A DNA stretch of 64,000 nt from Macrostomum hystrix (lineage: Eukaryota; Animalia; Platyhelminthes), in assembly GCA_950097015.1 (NCBI GenBank), contig CATNEN010000028.1:930001-994000 (forward strand), read 5' to 3'. Under the pieces are notes generated by a model. The model was not told the origin of the DNA. It did not search any database and saw only the letters and a program-made list of their open reading frames with translations. Shown here piece by piece: positions 12,583-23,701 of this stretch. The position numbers were made by a program, and so were the translations under genes. The first letter of the stretch is position 1. Each line of letters starts with the position of its first letter.

Positions 12583-13719
12583 TCAGTCGGATGGCATTGC
12601 AACCCGGTTCGTGCGAATAACGAATGCCAAGTTGCAGAGCATTGCTGGCACGTCCAGGTAGTCAGTCTCCCACAGGACACTGCTGGATGTAACCACCCAG
12701 AACAGAGCCCAGAAGTAGGCGAATTTCATGTTGTCCAATGCGGCCTCCTCGGAGAATGGCACCGGGCTGCCAGTCTTGGCCTCGTAGATCTGCTTGAAGG
12801 TCCTGTAGAACTCTCTCGGGATCCTGTCCGCGTGCTCCAGCATGGCCTCAGTCGGCAGGCTGGAGACCATCAGCAGGCCGAGGTCGAAGCCGAACAGTCC
12901 AATGTCCCAGAACTGCCAGTCGAAGAGGCGGCAAATCAAGCGGTTCTCGGAGCTCTTGAACATGAAATTGGAGAACCAGAGGTCGCCGTGAACAACACCA
13001 ATCGGCCGATCTCCGCAGCTGGGCAATGCGCTGGCGGTGTCGCGAGTCATCTTCTCGACAAATTCCTTCAGAATGGCAGAGATCACTTCTTCGTCGAGCT
13101 TTGTCTTGACTCGTTTGCTCAGATTGGCTGAAAAGTACTCAGAATTGCGCAGTATCATCGGTCGGAAATCCATGCCACTCTTTTTCACACTGTTGGTGAA
13201 GAATGTGTCCGAGCCGAACAGCACGGAGTCCAGAGAGTGGTTGAAGTTCGTCCGAGCGATCCAGAACGCGGCCTGCAGTCTGGCCAGAGTCCTCACAACA
13301 CAATAAGCCTGCTCGATGCCGAATGACTTCCGGTCGATGAGGTTGAAGCCTTGCTTGGTCATGTCCTCCATTATCAGAATGGTTCCTTTGTCGCTGATCT
13401 TCTGTCCGAACGCTTTCGGGAAAACGGGCTCGATATTGTACTGGTTCATGACGCGCTCGAGCACCGGCGCCATCAGACCGTAGAACACGACCTCCGTGCG
13501 GCAGAAGTGATTGCTGACCTGCTGCAGTTGATCTAGCTCATTGCGAGTGGCATCGCTCAGTTTGACGAAAACGTGCAACGGCGGCGAGTCTGCTCTCGTG
13601 ACTGTAACAGACCTGCGAAAGCTGAGGTAGCCGCCCTGGCCAACGACTTCCATTTCCTGTGAAATCTCATCGCTTGACTTTAAATTGAATAGTCGAGCTA
13701 ATTCTGCTTCAATGTTCAT
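12583..13719 (-). CDS. Ecdysteroid kinase-like (EcKL/CHK, choline/aminoglycoside kinase fold) copy 1, 378 aa, intronless
   Basis: HVFVK (ATP-binding Lys), RTEVVFY, ILIMEDM, Brenner motif HGDLWFSN and metal-binding FDWQ, followed by a FDLGLLM helix. Confidence 0.88.
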   Translation of the reverse strand: MNIEAELARLFNLKSSDEISQEMEVVGQGGYLSFRRSVTVTRADSPPLHVFVKLSDATRNELDQLQQVSNHFCRTEVVFYGLMAPVLERVMNQYNIEPVFPKAFGQKISDKGTILIMEDMTKQGFNLIDRKSFGIEQAYCVVRTLARLQAAFWIARTNFNHSLDSVLFGSDTFFTNSVKKSGMDFRPMILRNSEYFSANLSKRVKTKLDEEVISAILKEFVEKMTRDTASALPSCGDRPIGVVHGDLWFSNFMFKSSENRLICRLFDWQFWDIGLFGFDLGLLMVSSLPTEAMLEHADRIPREFYRTFKQIYEAKTGSPVPFSEEAALDNMKFAYFWALFWVVTSSSVLWETDYLDVPAMLCNLAFVIRTNRVAMPSD

Positions 13720-13964
13720 TCTTTAATTACGCTCGTAAGTAGACTTTAATCAGCAAACTAAAACTAGTCACTGTACAAATAATTGCCTAGACTGGTGTCA
13801 CTTTATAAAGCGTCTGACTTATCACCTGTCCGATTTCAAGCAGCCATTTGGCATGAGGGCGATATGAGCTGATGACCTGCGGCCCAGTTGGTTGCAACTT
13901 GCAATGGCTATCGGCTAACTCACTGGAGTTACAAGTACCAGAAATAGAGTGCTTAAAGTTTAAA

Positions 13965-14955
13965 GTAGAGTGTCTGCAGGTCTCTCACAGGAGTAGAGTG
14001 TCTGCAGGTCTCTCACAGGAGTAGAGTGTCTGCAGGTCTCTCACAGGAGTAGAGTGTCTGCAGGTCTATCAAAGGAGTAGAGTGTCTGCAGGTCTCTCAC
14101 AGGAGTAGAGTGTCTGCAGGTCTCTCACAGGAGTAGAGTGTCTGCAGGTCTCTCACAGGAGTAGAGTGTCTGCAGGTCTCTCACAGGAGTAGAGTGTCTG
14201 CAGGTCTCTCACAGGAGTAGAGTGTCTGCAGGTCTCTCACAGGAGTAGTGTCTGCAGGTCTCTCACAGGAGTAGAGTGTCTGCAGGTCTCTCACAGGAGT
14301 AGAGTGTCTGCAGGTCTCTCACAGGAGTAGAGTGTCTGCAGGTCTCTCACAGGAGTAGAGTGTCTGCAGGTCTCTCACAGGAGTAGAGTGTCTGCAGGTC
14401 TCTCACAGGAGTAGAGTGTCTGCAGGTCTCTCACAGGAGTAGAGTGTCTGCAGGTCTCTCAAAGGAGTAGAGTGTCTGCAGGTCTCTCACAGGAGTAGAG
14501 TGTCTGCAGGTCTCTCACAGGAGTAGAGTGTCTGCAGGTCTCTCACAGGAGTAGAGTGTCTGCAGGTCTCTCACAGGAGTAGAGTGTCTGCAGGTCTCTC
14601 ACAGGAGTAGAGTGTCTGCAGGTCTCTCACAGGAGTAGAGTGTCTGCAGGTCTCTCACAGGAGTAGAGTGTCTGCAGGTCTCTCACAGGAGTAGAGTGTC
14701 TGCAGGGCTCTCACAGGAGTAGAGTGTCTGCAGGGCTCTCACAGGAGTAGAGTGTCTGCAGGGCTCTCACAGGAGTAGAGTGTCTGCAGGGCTCTCACAG
14801 GAGTAGAGTGTCTGCAGGGCTCTCACAGGAGTAGTGTCTGCAGGTCTCTCACAGGAGTAGAGTGTCTGCAGGTCTCTCACAGGAGTAGTGTCTGCAGGTC
14901 TCTCACAGGAGTAGAGAGTGTTTGCAGGTCTCTCACAGGAGTAGAGAGTGTTTGC
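13965..14955. repeat. 28-bp minisatellite (AGAGTGTCTGCAGGTCTCTCACAGGAGT)
   Basis: About 35 tandem copies, with a block of the GGGCTCTC variant at ~14700-14820. Confidence 0.97.
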
Positions 14956-15460
14956 AATGCCATGCTGCGTACGGTTTTCGAAGTGCGCCGTGGCCCAGGC
15001 AGCGAGACCAGCGCGGCCCTCTACGAAAGGGCGCGCTTGACGCCTGAGCGGGCGGCGACTTTGACTGGCTGGTGACGTCATTTGGTCGGAGGCCCACTGC
15101 CCTGAGCCGCTGCATGACGTGCTGCTGCTCAAGCTGCAGAGACCGCGCAGGCGAGGCCAAGGGCAAATAGCAAGATACCCTGACTAGCTATTGCTGATGC
15201 TGGCGCCCCGGACAAAGCAGGGGGTAAAAAAATGATAACATTTGCTGGAGGGCTGAGGGTTCTCGCAATCAAATGATTTCAGTAAACAGGCAGCCAGTGA
15301 GGAGGCAACTCTCCCCAATTTGCTTGACTCCTGAGCACACACGCACATGGATACTTTAGGCAGGCACGCAGTCACACAGGTGTATAAATCTGCCGTGAAT
15401 TTTTCATCGTCAGGCAGTGTACACTCTCACTATGCCTTGGAGGTTGGCGCTCAAGGGGCA
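14955..15460 (+). mobile_element. Decayed non-LTR retrotransposon 3' end (RTE-like C-terminus plus 3' UTR)
   Basis: Frameshifted translation NAMLRTVFEVRRGPGSETSAALYERARL / LSGRRL*LAGDVIWSEAHCPEPLHDVLLLKLQRPRRRGQG resembles the post-RT 'LY...RRLRLAGH' region of RTE-group LINEs. Positions 15290-15457 recur inverted at 24505-24663. Confidence 0.6.
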
Positions 15461-16216
15461 AATCGCACGACAAACGTCCAAGCCTTCTCTCCGTTGCTGC
15501 GCCCCAAATGAATCGAGCTCAGGGACCTTAGTGCGAGAGGCAAACACGTTAGACCGCTCACTAACCCCCAGGTGGTGTGATTTTTTAGATCGATGGCCCA
15601 GACTGCTCAGAAAAGCTTGAAATAAGACACCACCAGTGTCAAAAAGCTTGATAGTGTGAATCCAGTGCAGTTTGTGGCACACTTCAACTTATCCACCTTT
15701 GATTTAAGAGCACTTTTAATCTGATTTTCTGAGAGGGGGAATCAGAGCGAATCTGATTCATTAGCTCTGGTTTGATTGGGAATGGGAGCAGATGTAAAGA
15801 GGCTGTAGCAGATCAGCCATCTCTTCCCTATTAAAAAGATTGGGGTATCCAAGTAGCCAGCATAAAACACCAGGCTATTCCAGAGAATTTTGAGTGATAA
15901 TCAATGGCTAATTTCTAAAATTCTGTTAAATTCATGAAAATTGCTTTGTGCATGAGGAGCACAACTATCTTATCTGAAAAGTATGCAGCTTTGGTGAACC
16001 ACTTGGCCATGAGCCTTCGGGACAAGACACGTGGCATAAGTATACCTTGGCTCCAAGCAGCAATCAAGGGGTCCGAGCACTTCTTCGGTTATCGCTGGGC
16101 TCCTGCGATAGCGTTATCAAATCGGAGACTATAAACTGGGAAATAAGGACAAACCTCTGGAGGACTCTCGAGTTTTAAGTTTCGCAAAAAATTATTCTTT
16201 AGAACAGGTGATTAAA

Positions 16217-17353
16217 ATGGACATTGCTGAGGAGTTAAACCTGTTGTTCGAACTGAAGTCCGATGGCGAAGTCGATCAGAGCGATGAGATGTTTCGCAAG
16301 GGTGGCTACATGAGCTTTCGCAGGGCAGTCACGATCACGAAGAAAGGTGCGCCTCCGCTGCACGTGTTCGTGAAATGCAGCGACGTGACGCGCCCTGAGC
16401 TGGATCAACAGCAGTTCCTGAGCTTCTATGTCTGCCGCACCGAGATCGTGTTCTACGGACTGATGGCACCGGTGCTCGAGCGAGTCATGAACCAGTACAA
16501 TATTGAGCCCGTGTTCCCGAAAGTGTTCGGGCAGAAGATCAGGGACAAAGGTACTATGCTGGTGATGGAGGACCTGTCGAAGCAGGGATTCACTCCCGTC
16601 GACCGAAAGAATTTCGGCATCGAGCAGGCTTATTGTGTTGTGAGGACTCTGGCCAGACTGCAGGCCGCGTTCTGGATCGCTCGGACAAACTTCAACCACT
16701 CGCTGGACTCCGTGCTGTTCGGCAAGGAGTCGCCATTTAGCGACAGTGTGAGGAAAAGCGGCATGGATTTCAAGCCCATGATCGAGCGTAACTCCAAGTA
16801 CTTCTTTGACAACTACAAAAAGTATGTGAAGTCAACTGAGGACGCCGAACTGATTCAAGAATATGTGACCAAGTTTATCGAAATCCTGGTGGACGATCCG
16901 ATGAAGGGCATGCCCTGTCTTAACGATGAAGCACTTGGCATTTCCCATGGCGACCTCTGGTTCTCCAATTTCATGTTCAAGGGCGAGGGCGACGGCATGA
17001 TCGCTCGACTGTTCGACTGGCAGTTCTGGGACATCAGCATCTTCGGCTTTGACCTTGGCCTGATGATGGTGACGAGCCTGTCAACAGAGGCATTGCAGGA
17101 GCACGTGGACAAAATCCCGAAGGAGTTCTACAGAGTGTTCAAGGAAATCTACGAGGCCAAGACTGGCAACCCGGCGCCATTCACGGAGGAGGCCGCGCTT
17201 AGAAACATGGGCCAGTCACTGTTCTACTCCATGTTCTGGGTGATCGGCACATGCGAACTGATCTGGGAAAGCGGCAACATCGACGTGCCCAACATGCTGG
17301 CCAATGTCGCGTTTGCCATTCGCACAAATCGGGTCAAGCTGCCCGCATTCTGA
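16217..17353 (+). CDS. EcKL kinase copy 2, 378 aa, intronless
   Basis: ATG at 16217 (MDIAEEL) aligns with the paralog starts. HVFVK, MEDL, HGDLWFSN and FDWQ are intact. Confidence 0.88.
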   Translation: MDIAEELNLLFELKSDGEVDQSDEMFRKGGYMSFRRAVTITKKGAPPLHVFVKCSDVTRPELDQQQFLSFYVCRTEIVFYGLMAPVLERVMNQYNIEPVFPKVFGQKIRDKGTMLVMEDLSKQGFTPVDRKNFGIEQAYCVVRTLARLQAAFWIARTNFNHSLDSVLFGKESPFSDSVRKSGMDFKPMIERNSKYFFDNYKKYVKSTEDAELIQEYVTKFIEILVDDPMKGMPCLNDEALGISHGDLWFSNFMFKGEGDGMIARLFDWQFWDISIFGFDLGLMMVTSLSTEALQEHVDKIPKEFYRVFKEIYEAKTGNPAPFTEEAALRNMGQSLFYSMFWVIGTCELIWESGNIDVPNMLANVAFAIRTNRVKLPAF

Positions 17354-18392
17354 TGTCTATTGAAGCCAAGAAGCATAACAGGGACATACATGTGCTTCAT
17401 TTAACTTTTTTTTAAACATTTAAATTCTTAGAAATGTTTTTTTGTAGTAGTGGAGGAACTTTGTTTAATTTTTCAATACAGAGTTCTTCATAGTTTTTAG
17501 AATGTACAATTACACGCTCATTAAGAAAAGTTCGTTTCGACCTGTGTTTTTTACTCTGACTTATGCATGCCTTTAGTGCGTGAAACAGCAATTATGGAAA
17601 AGTTTATCAACTATTTATTCTTGTGATTTAGGAGAGAGGTTGCTCGAAAAGGTGAAAGTTCACGCATTGCTTCAGCTGTTGTTGATAAAGACAGTGTTGA
17701 GAATTGAGATCGCGTGAGCAATCACAGGATCTGTGGCGCCACTCAGTCGTCTCTGATTGAACTCAGAGCTTTAGCAGCTCGGTGGGGCACATGACAAGTT
17801 TGTTCAATTATCTGCCATAAAGAAAGCTACCAAAGACACTAGCCGCTTCAAGAGACTGCAGTTCGATCACCAAAGGCTAGGAAGCGTTTTGTTGGTGACC
17901 CCTAAATCGTTTACCATTCGCATAAACTGTTCGATTTGAGTCTGATAGCATTCGCCAATTCATGCCTCTTAAGGTAAGATCAATGCGTACTTCATTCGGG
18001 CAGATTAGGTCTTAGACTGCGAATGTCTTTGACTTAGCTTGAATCTGTTGCACTAACAAGACCACTATAGAAATAGCAGCGTATATGCTAGCGACTTCAG
18101 TAGTCATATTGGCGTTGCGGCGTCTACTACAAGTAGTGAAGAGTGAGAAAGTCAGTTCTACGATTTACGAATTCGTAGATCGGAACAGAATCACCAAAAT
18201 GGATGCTATTAAAAATACACTTTGGCCTTATAACCTAGACCAACCTTGGCCTAGTCATTTGAACTACAAATTCAATATAACAATTCAGGATAGCACAGAA
18301 TGATGCTTTTCATAAACAGAAAAGTACCGAATATATCATTGTTATTTTTGGTTAATAATATAATAGGTCAACATACTATAGGGTTGTAGTTC

Positions 18393-18600
18393 GCGCAGCC
18401 CAGTGGTTAGAGCGTCGGACCACGACGTGAAAGTCGTGGGTTCGATTCCTGACTTGACTGGAAAAAGTCGTGTTCTTTAGCAAGAAACTTAGCCCTGCAT
18501 TGCTTCAATTCATTCAGCTTTTAACTTGGTACTAGCATCAGCCGGTTTACTTGAGGGTCGGTGCGTCTTCCCACCAGTGGACTACCAACTGGGGCAGGTG
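18393..18600 (+). mobile_element. tRNA-derived SINE (most complete copy)
   Basis: A-box-like GCCCAGTGGTTAG and B-box GGTTCGATTCC (18439-18449), then a conserved body (CTTTAGCAAGAAACTTAGCC...CAGCTTTTAACTTGGTACTAGCATC) shared with 8785 and 40845. Confidence 0.65.
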
Positions 18601-19140
18601 TAATGAATTATTTTATTATTCTTATTATTAATTACTAGAAGGTCCATATTGCTTTTATGGGTCTAAAGCAACAATGGCTCCAAGACTGCAATCGGAAATG
18701 CGACTGTATTTGTCTGAATCAGTGAATTAGCGAATACACACAAACTTCTTTAGCTGTATCACATTTTCTAGCTTTCGAGTAATGCAAACCTATTTGCAGG
18801 GTATTTGACCGCCTTCGATGTGTAGAGTGTATGGGACAAGTAGCTAAAATAAAGCACTGTTGTGTATCGGTAAGGACGCTCCGTGTATCAACATGACTGT
18901 CGAAACACTGCACTTTTAACTCCAGTTTCTACAGCAAAACTAGCTGGACTTGCTTTCGGCACAGCAAGATATCTCGTCTTCCTCCTGAAATCCGCTAAAT
19001 TGTAGCTCAGAAGATTTCGAAACACAAGCAAACCAGTCCTTCGTTGCGCGTTTTCAAATAAGTAGTCACACAAGGACCAAAGAACAAGCAATTGCTTGGC
19101 CAAGTTAGAATTCTCCACAATCGAGCCTAATCACAGCACA

Positions 19141-20285
19141 ATGGACACGGTGGCAGAACTGATTCGCCTCTTCGGTCTGAGTTCAAAGGACGAAATCGAA
19201 CAAGGAGAAGAGGTGTATGGACAGGGCGGATACCTCAGCTTTCGAACAACAGCAACAATTAAAAAGAACTGTTTGATGGAGCTGCACATCTTCATCAAGA
19301 GAAGCGATCCAACTCGCAATGAGCTAGATCAACTGCAGCAGCTCACAATCACTTCTGTCGCACCGAGTGCGTGTTTTATGGTTTCGTTGGGCCGGTACTC
19401 GAGCGAGTCATGAACCAGTACAATATCGAGCCCGTTTTCCCGAAAGCGTTCGGACAGAAGATCAGCGACAAAGGAACCATTCTAGTGATGGAGGATATGA
19501 CCAAGCAAGGCTTCAACCTCATCGACCGGAAGTCGCTCGGCATCGAGCAGGCCTACTGTGTTGTGAGGACTCTGGCCAGACTGCAGGCCGCGTTCTGGAT
19601 CGCTCGGACGAACTTCAACCACTCACTGGACTCCGTGCTGTTCGGCAAAGAGTCTCAGTTTATTGACTGCATCAGAATGAGTGGAGTTGACTTCAAGCCA
19701 ATGCTGAAACGGAATTCAACATATTTTCTGAGAAACCTTGGCAAGCACGTGCAATCCAAAGAGGACGCGCAGATTATTCGAGAGTATGTCAATCGGTTCA
19801 TAGAAATATTGGTGAAAGACCCAATGAAGGGCATGCCTTGCCTTGCTGACGAGCCTGTCGGACTGTCTCATGGCGATCTCTGGTTTTCGAACTTCATGTT
19901 TAATGGCTTCAGTGAGGACATGATCTGCCGACTGCTTGACTGGCAGTTCTGGGACATCAGCATCTTTGGCTTGGACCTAGGTCAGCTGATGTTTACTAGC
20001 TTGTCATTCGACGCCATGCAGGAGCACGTAGACAAGATCCCGAAGGAGTTCTACAGAGCCTTCAAAGAGATCTACGAGGCGAAGACAGGTAAACGGGTGC
20101 CATTTTCTGTGGAAGCAGCCATGGGAAACATGGGCAAGTCGCTGTTCTACGCCTTGTTCTGGGTCATTCGCACTGGAACCCTGCTGTGGGAGAGCGGCAA
20201 CATCGATGTGCCCAACATGCTGGCCAACGTTGCGTTCGCCATTCGCACCAATAGAATCAAGCTTCCACATTCGCTGATTGAATAA
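19141..20285 (+). pseudogene. EcKL kinase copy 3 with a single 1-bp deletion at 19345/19346 (pseudogene or assembly error)
   Basis: MDTVAELIRLF start. CAGCTCA^CAATCACTTCTG versus paralog CAGGTCAGCAATCACTTCTG; the downstream frame 19371..20285 is intact with HGDLWFSN and LDWQ. Confidence 0.8.
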
Positions 20286-21066
20286 CAGTTATTGATAAAG
20301 CAGTTTTTTATGGAAATATTAAATTATAGAAGCTGACCTATTAACAAGTAAGGCCCTAGCTTGTAGATGCAGAACGCGTACTGAATGGTTTTCATAGTTT
20401 CCTATTTTATCTCTATTTATTGCTTCATTGCGATCAACAGGATGGAGCTGCTTTGCCAATATCGAGCATTAATTTCTGCTTCCCGCAAAACTTATCTCAA
20501 CTTACTCAATAAACTCAACTCAACTCAATAAAAACAGGCCTCTTATAGCTGTACAATGATTTTCGCCTACTACCTCGTGAATAAGTTTAGGGGATACAGA
20601 AATAAAAAATCCAGTAATAGGCATCCGAAACTCTCTGAAACCGATTGTTAAAATTCGTGTATTTCCTCCGTCCCGAGAGTGCCCTTGGAGCATACGCTTA
20701 ACACTCTACTTTATAAGTAGTCAGTCAATTTGGGAAGAAAAAATGTAATTATTGTGAGCTGTTCTCAAGAAAGAAGAAATAATTTCTTCTGCGACTCAGT
20801 TAACCTCTAAGTGACACACAGCAGACCAAAAAACTGTTGGCACTTTAATGACGCCCGAACGCGCAGCCAAAGGCGATAAAAAACTTTCGGCTCAAAAGGG
20901 CTAAAAAAGCAAGAGCTCGTGAAGTTCATATCTTATCGACGAGACAAAATAATTTAAGCTTCAACTGTCAAGAGTTGAATATTCGCACCGAAGTCGATTC
21001 GCAAATAGGACAATAATACCGAAGCGCCCAGCGGACAGATTCACAAAAGGTCATCTGACAGCACAA

Positions 21067-22209
21067 ATGGACATTGCCCAAGAATTGACTCTACTGTTCG
21101 GTCTCAAGTCCGAGAGTGACATAACCCAAGGCGGTGAAGTATTTGGCCAGGGTGGCTACCTCAGCTTCCGCAGGCCAGCTACGATCAACAAAGAAGGCGG
21201 CCCGCCGCTTCACATCTTTGTTAAATCAAGCGACGTGTCCCGCTCAGATCTCGACCAGCTGCAGCAGGTCAGCAATCACTTCTGCCGCACGGAGGTCGTG
21301 TTCTACGGTCTGATGGCGCCGGTGCTCGAGCGCGTCATGAACCAGTACAATATCGAGCCCGTTTTCCCGAAAGCGTTCGGACAGAAGATCAGCGACAACG
21401 GAACCATTCTAGTGATGGAGGACATGACCAAGCAAGGCTTCAACCTCATCGACCGGAAGTCATTCGGCATCGAGCAGGCCTACTGTGTTGTGAGGACTCT
21501 GGCCAGACTGCAGGCCGCGTTCTGGATCGCTCGAACGAACTTCAACCACTCACTGGACTCCGTGCTGTTCGGTCGCGAGTCACCATTTAGCGACCGCGTC
21601 AGAAAGAGCGGCGTTGACTTTAAGCCTCTGATGGCGCACAATATTAACTACTTCTTTGAGAACTTGGACAAGCATGTCAAGTCGCCTAAGGATAGTCAGG
21701 TTATTCAGGAGTCCGCCACGAAGTTCATCCAAAGCCTGATCGAGGACCCTTTGAAGGGAATGCCGCAATTTACACACGAACCAGTGGGTCTGTCACATGG
21801 CGACCTCTGGTTCTCGAACTTCATGTTTCAGGGCGATGGCGAACACATGATTTCTCGCCTGTTCGACTGGCAGTTCTGGGACATCAGCATCTTCGGCTTC
21901 GACCTAGGTCTGCTAATGGTCTCAAGCTTGTCGACTGAAGCAATGCAGGAGCATGTCGACAAGATACCGAAGGAGCTCTACAAAACATTCAAGGAGATCT
22001 ATGAGGCCAAGACTGGCAACCCGGTCCCCTTTTCCGAAGAGGCCGCACTGGGCAACATGGCCCATTCTCTGTTCTTCGCCATGTTCTGGGTCATTATTAC
22101 ATGTACTCCGCTGTGGGAGAGCGGTCACGTGGATGTGCCCAGCATGCTGGCCAATGTAGCGTTCGCCATTCGTACAAAGCGCATCAAGTTCCCGTTCGAT
22201 AAGAATTGA
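21067..22209 (+). CDS. EcKL kinase copy 4, 380 aa, intronless
   Basis: Same motifs (HIFVK, MEDM, HGDLWFSN, FDWQ) and full length. Confidence 0.88.
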   Translation: MDIAQELTLLFGLKSESDITQGGEVFGQGGYLSFRRPATINKEGGPPLHIFVKSSDVSRSDLDQLQQVSNHFCRTEVVFYGLMAPVLERVMNQYNIEPVFPKAFGQKISDNGTILVMEDMTKQGFNLIDRKSFGIEQAYCVVRTLARLQAAFWIARTNFNHSLDSVLFGRESPFSDRVRKSGVDFKPLMAHNINYFFENLDKHVKSPKDSQVIQESATKFIQSLIEDPLKGMPQFTHEPVGLSHGDLWFSNFMFQGDGEHMISRLFDWQFWDISIFGFDLGLLMVSSLSTEAMQEHVDKIPKELYKTFKEIYEAKTGNPVPFSEEAALGNMAHSLFFAMFWVIITCTPLWESGHVDVPSMLANVAFAIRTKRIKFPFDKN

Positions 22210-23089
22210 ATTTTGTTAATTTTTTTTAGCGCGACAGACATTCTACAAGCTAATTACTGGTGCAGTACAGTACAGTCAGTGACATTGAATTAATACACAG
22301 GTTCCGTGTCTAGGTAATCATTCTGCAAAATATCTGATAGTTCGTTGAGATAACGAGCTATCTGCAAATTAACCGTTTGCTTTCTAAATCTTTTTAATAT
22401 TTACTTTGTGAGGCATTGGAAAATGATGGACGATATACTCGTACAGTTCGATCTTAGTAAGTTCGATCTAGCAAATCGCTTAAATTGGTTTGACGATAAA
22501 TAAAAAATTGGCAGTGAAGTATCGAACGGTTTAGTTAGTAAATTACGCTTTTTAGACTAGGTTGCAATCACGAAATTTTTTTCATGAAAAATCTACTACT
22601 AAAATTGACACACGGACTAAAAATGAACACAATTGTTGTTCCAGCAATTATTCGATACTGATGAGCTCTCTAGAATGATAAGAGATAATAGAATAGTCAA
22701 GTCAAGCGAGGAGACTCTCTGAGACTGGCAGTTAAAAGCTGCATTATGACTGTCACGCGGGCTGTTTGCGCACACAAAATATATGCCTCGGCATTGGCAA
22801 ATAGGAAAACACTGCCTGTATCTCGCGAGCGGATAGCATTGCGCGCAGACTCCGCTTCGCATCGGCAATAGGGAGTTAGCCGATGTCAAATGTTTACCCT
22901 AGCCTTTTGTGCTCAGCTATCAAGATGCGAGAGAATACTGCACCAGTTCCCATGGAGTCTCGCTCTATCCCTGAGCGTACAATGCTGCCAAGTCGTTGGC
23001 ATGAATAAAATGCCATGCAATCGCACAGACTAGAAAGTCAAGGGCAAGCGTTGCTAGTATTGTACCTCGAATTGTCAATTATTTGAGCG

Positions 23090-23701
23090 ATGAGCAGCAA
23101 CAAGAAGCGAATCTCGACGGTGTCGGCGCCGAGTCCCAGCCAGCTGCAGAGGCCGACACTCGCCGCCGGCAAGGGGTCGCCAGATGCTCAGCACGGAGAT
23201 GAGGCGCCGGTCAAGCCGAAGGCGGCAGCAGCCAGCGGGACGCCTCGACCGAAGCAGCCGAGCCTGGCGACTCTCATGATGCTCAAGAAGCGAATCGGCG
23301 ACATCCGGGCGAGGCAGCGGCGGAACCGGCCCGTCAAGAAGATGGAGAACACGTACCGCCTGGAGCCGGACTCGACCAAGAAGTTCCCGCCGGCCGAGGT
23401 GCGCCAGATCGTCGACAACAGCCTGAAGTTCTTCCTCGGCGAGTCCAAGTACGACCCGAAGGCCTGTCCCAAGTTGGCCAAGATGGTCTCGGAGGATGTG
23501 AAGCGCAGGATGAAGAACAACTTCAACTGTCCTCGCTACAAGATCATCGTCCACGTGACCATCGCCCAGAAGTGCGAGCAGATGCTGCAGCTGGCCTCTC
23601 GTTCCGTGACCGACTCCGTCACCGACGACTTTGTGACCGGCTCGCTCGACAGGCCCACATTCAGAGCGAGCGCCACCGCCTTCTGGGTCTATTGCGAATG
23701 A
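23090..23701 (+). CDS. TCTEX1D1: Tctex1-domain dynein light chain, 203 aa (right copy, inverted relative to 11370..11981)
   Basis: The protein is identical to the left copy except M/V in VTDS[M/V]TDD. Confidence 0.88.
   Translation: MSSNKKRISTVSAPSPSQLQRPTLAAGKGSPDAQHGDEAPVKPKAAAASGTPRPKQPSLATLMMLKKRIGDIRARQRRNRPVKKMENTYRLEPDSTKKFPPAEVRQIVDNSLKFFLGESKYDPKACPKLAKMVSEDVKRRMKNNFNCPRYKIIVHVTIAQKCEQMLQLASRSVTDSVTDDFVTGSLDRPTFRASATAFWVYCE

Noticed and set aside
11517-13536. Antisense ORFs over Tctex and EcKL1 (also seen over the other copies)
   Set aside because: Shadow frames of GC-rich coding sequence; no recognisable motifs.
18393-18460. Possible tRNA gene
   Set aside because: A and B boxes are present, but there is no proper acceptor stem or cloverleaf, and it continues into a body shared with other dispersed copies, so it is a SINE head.
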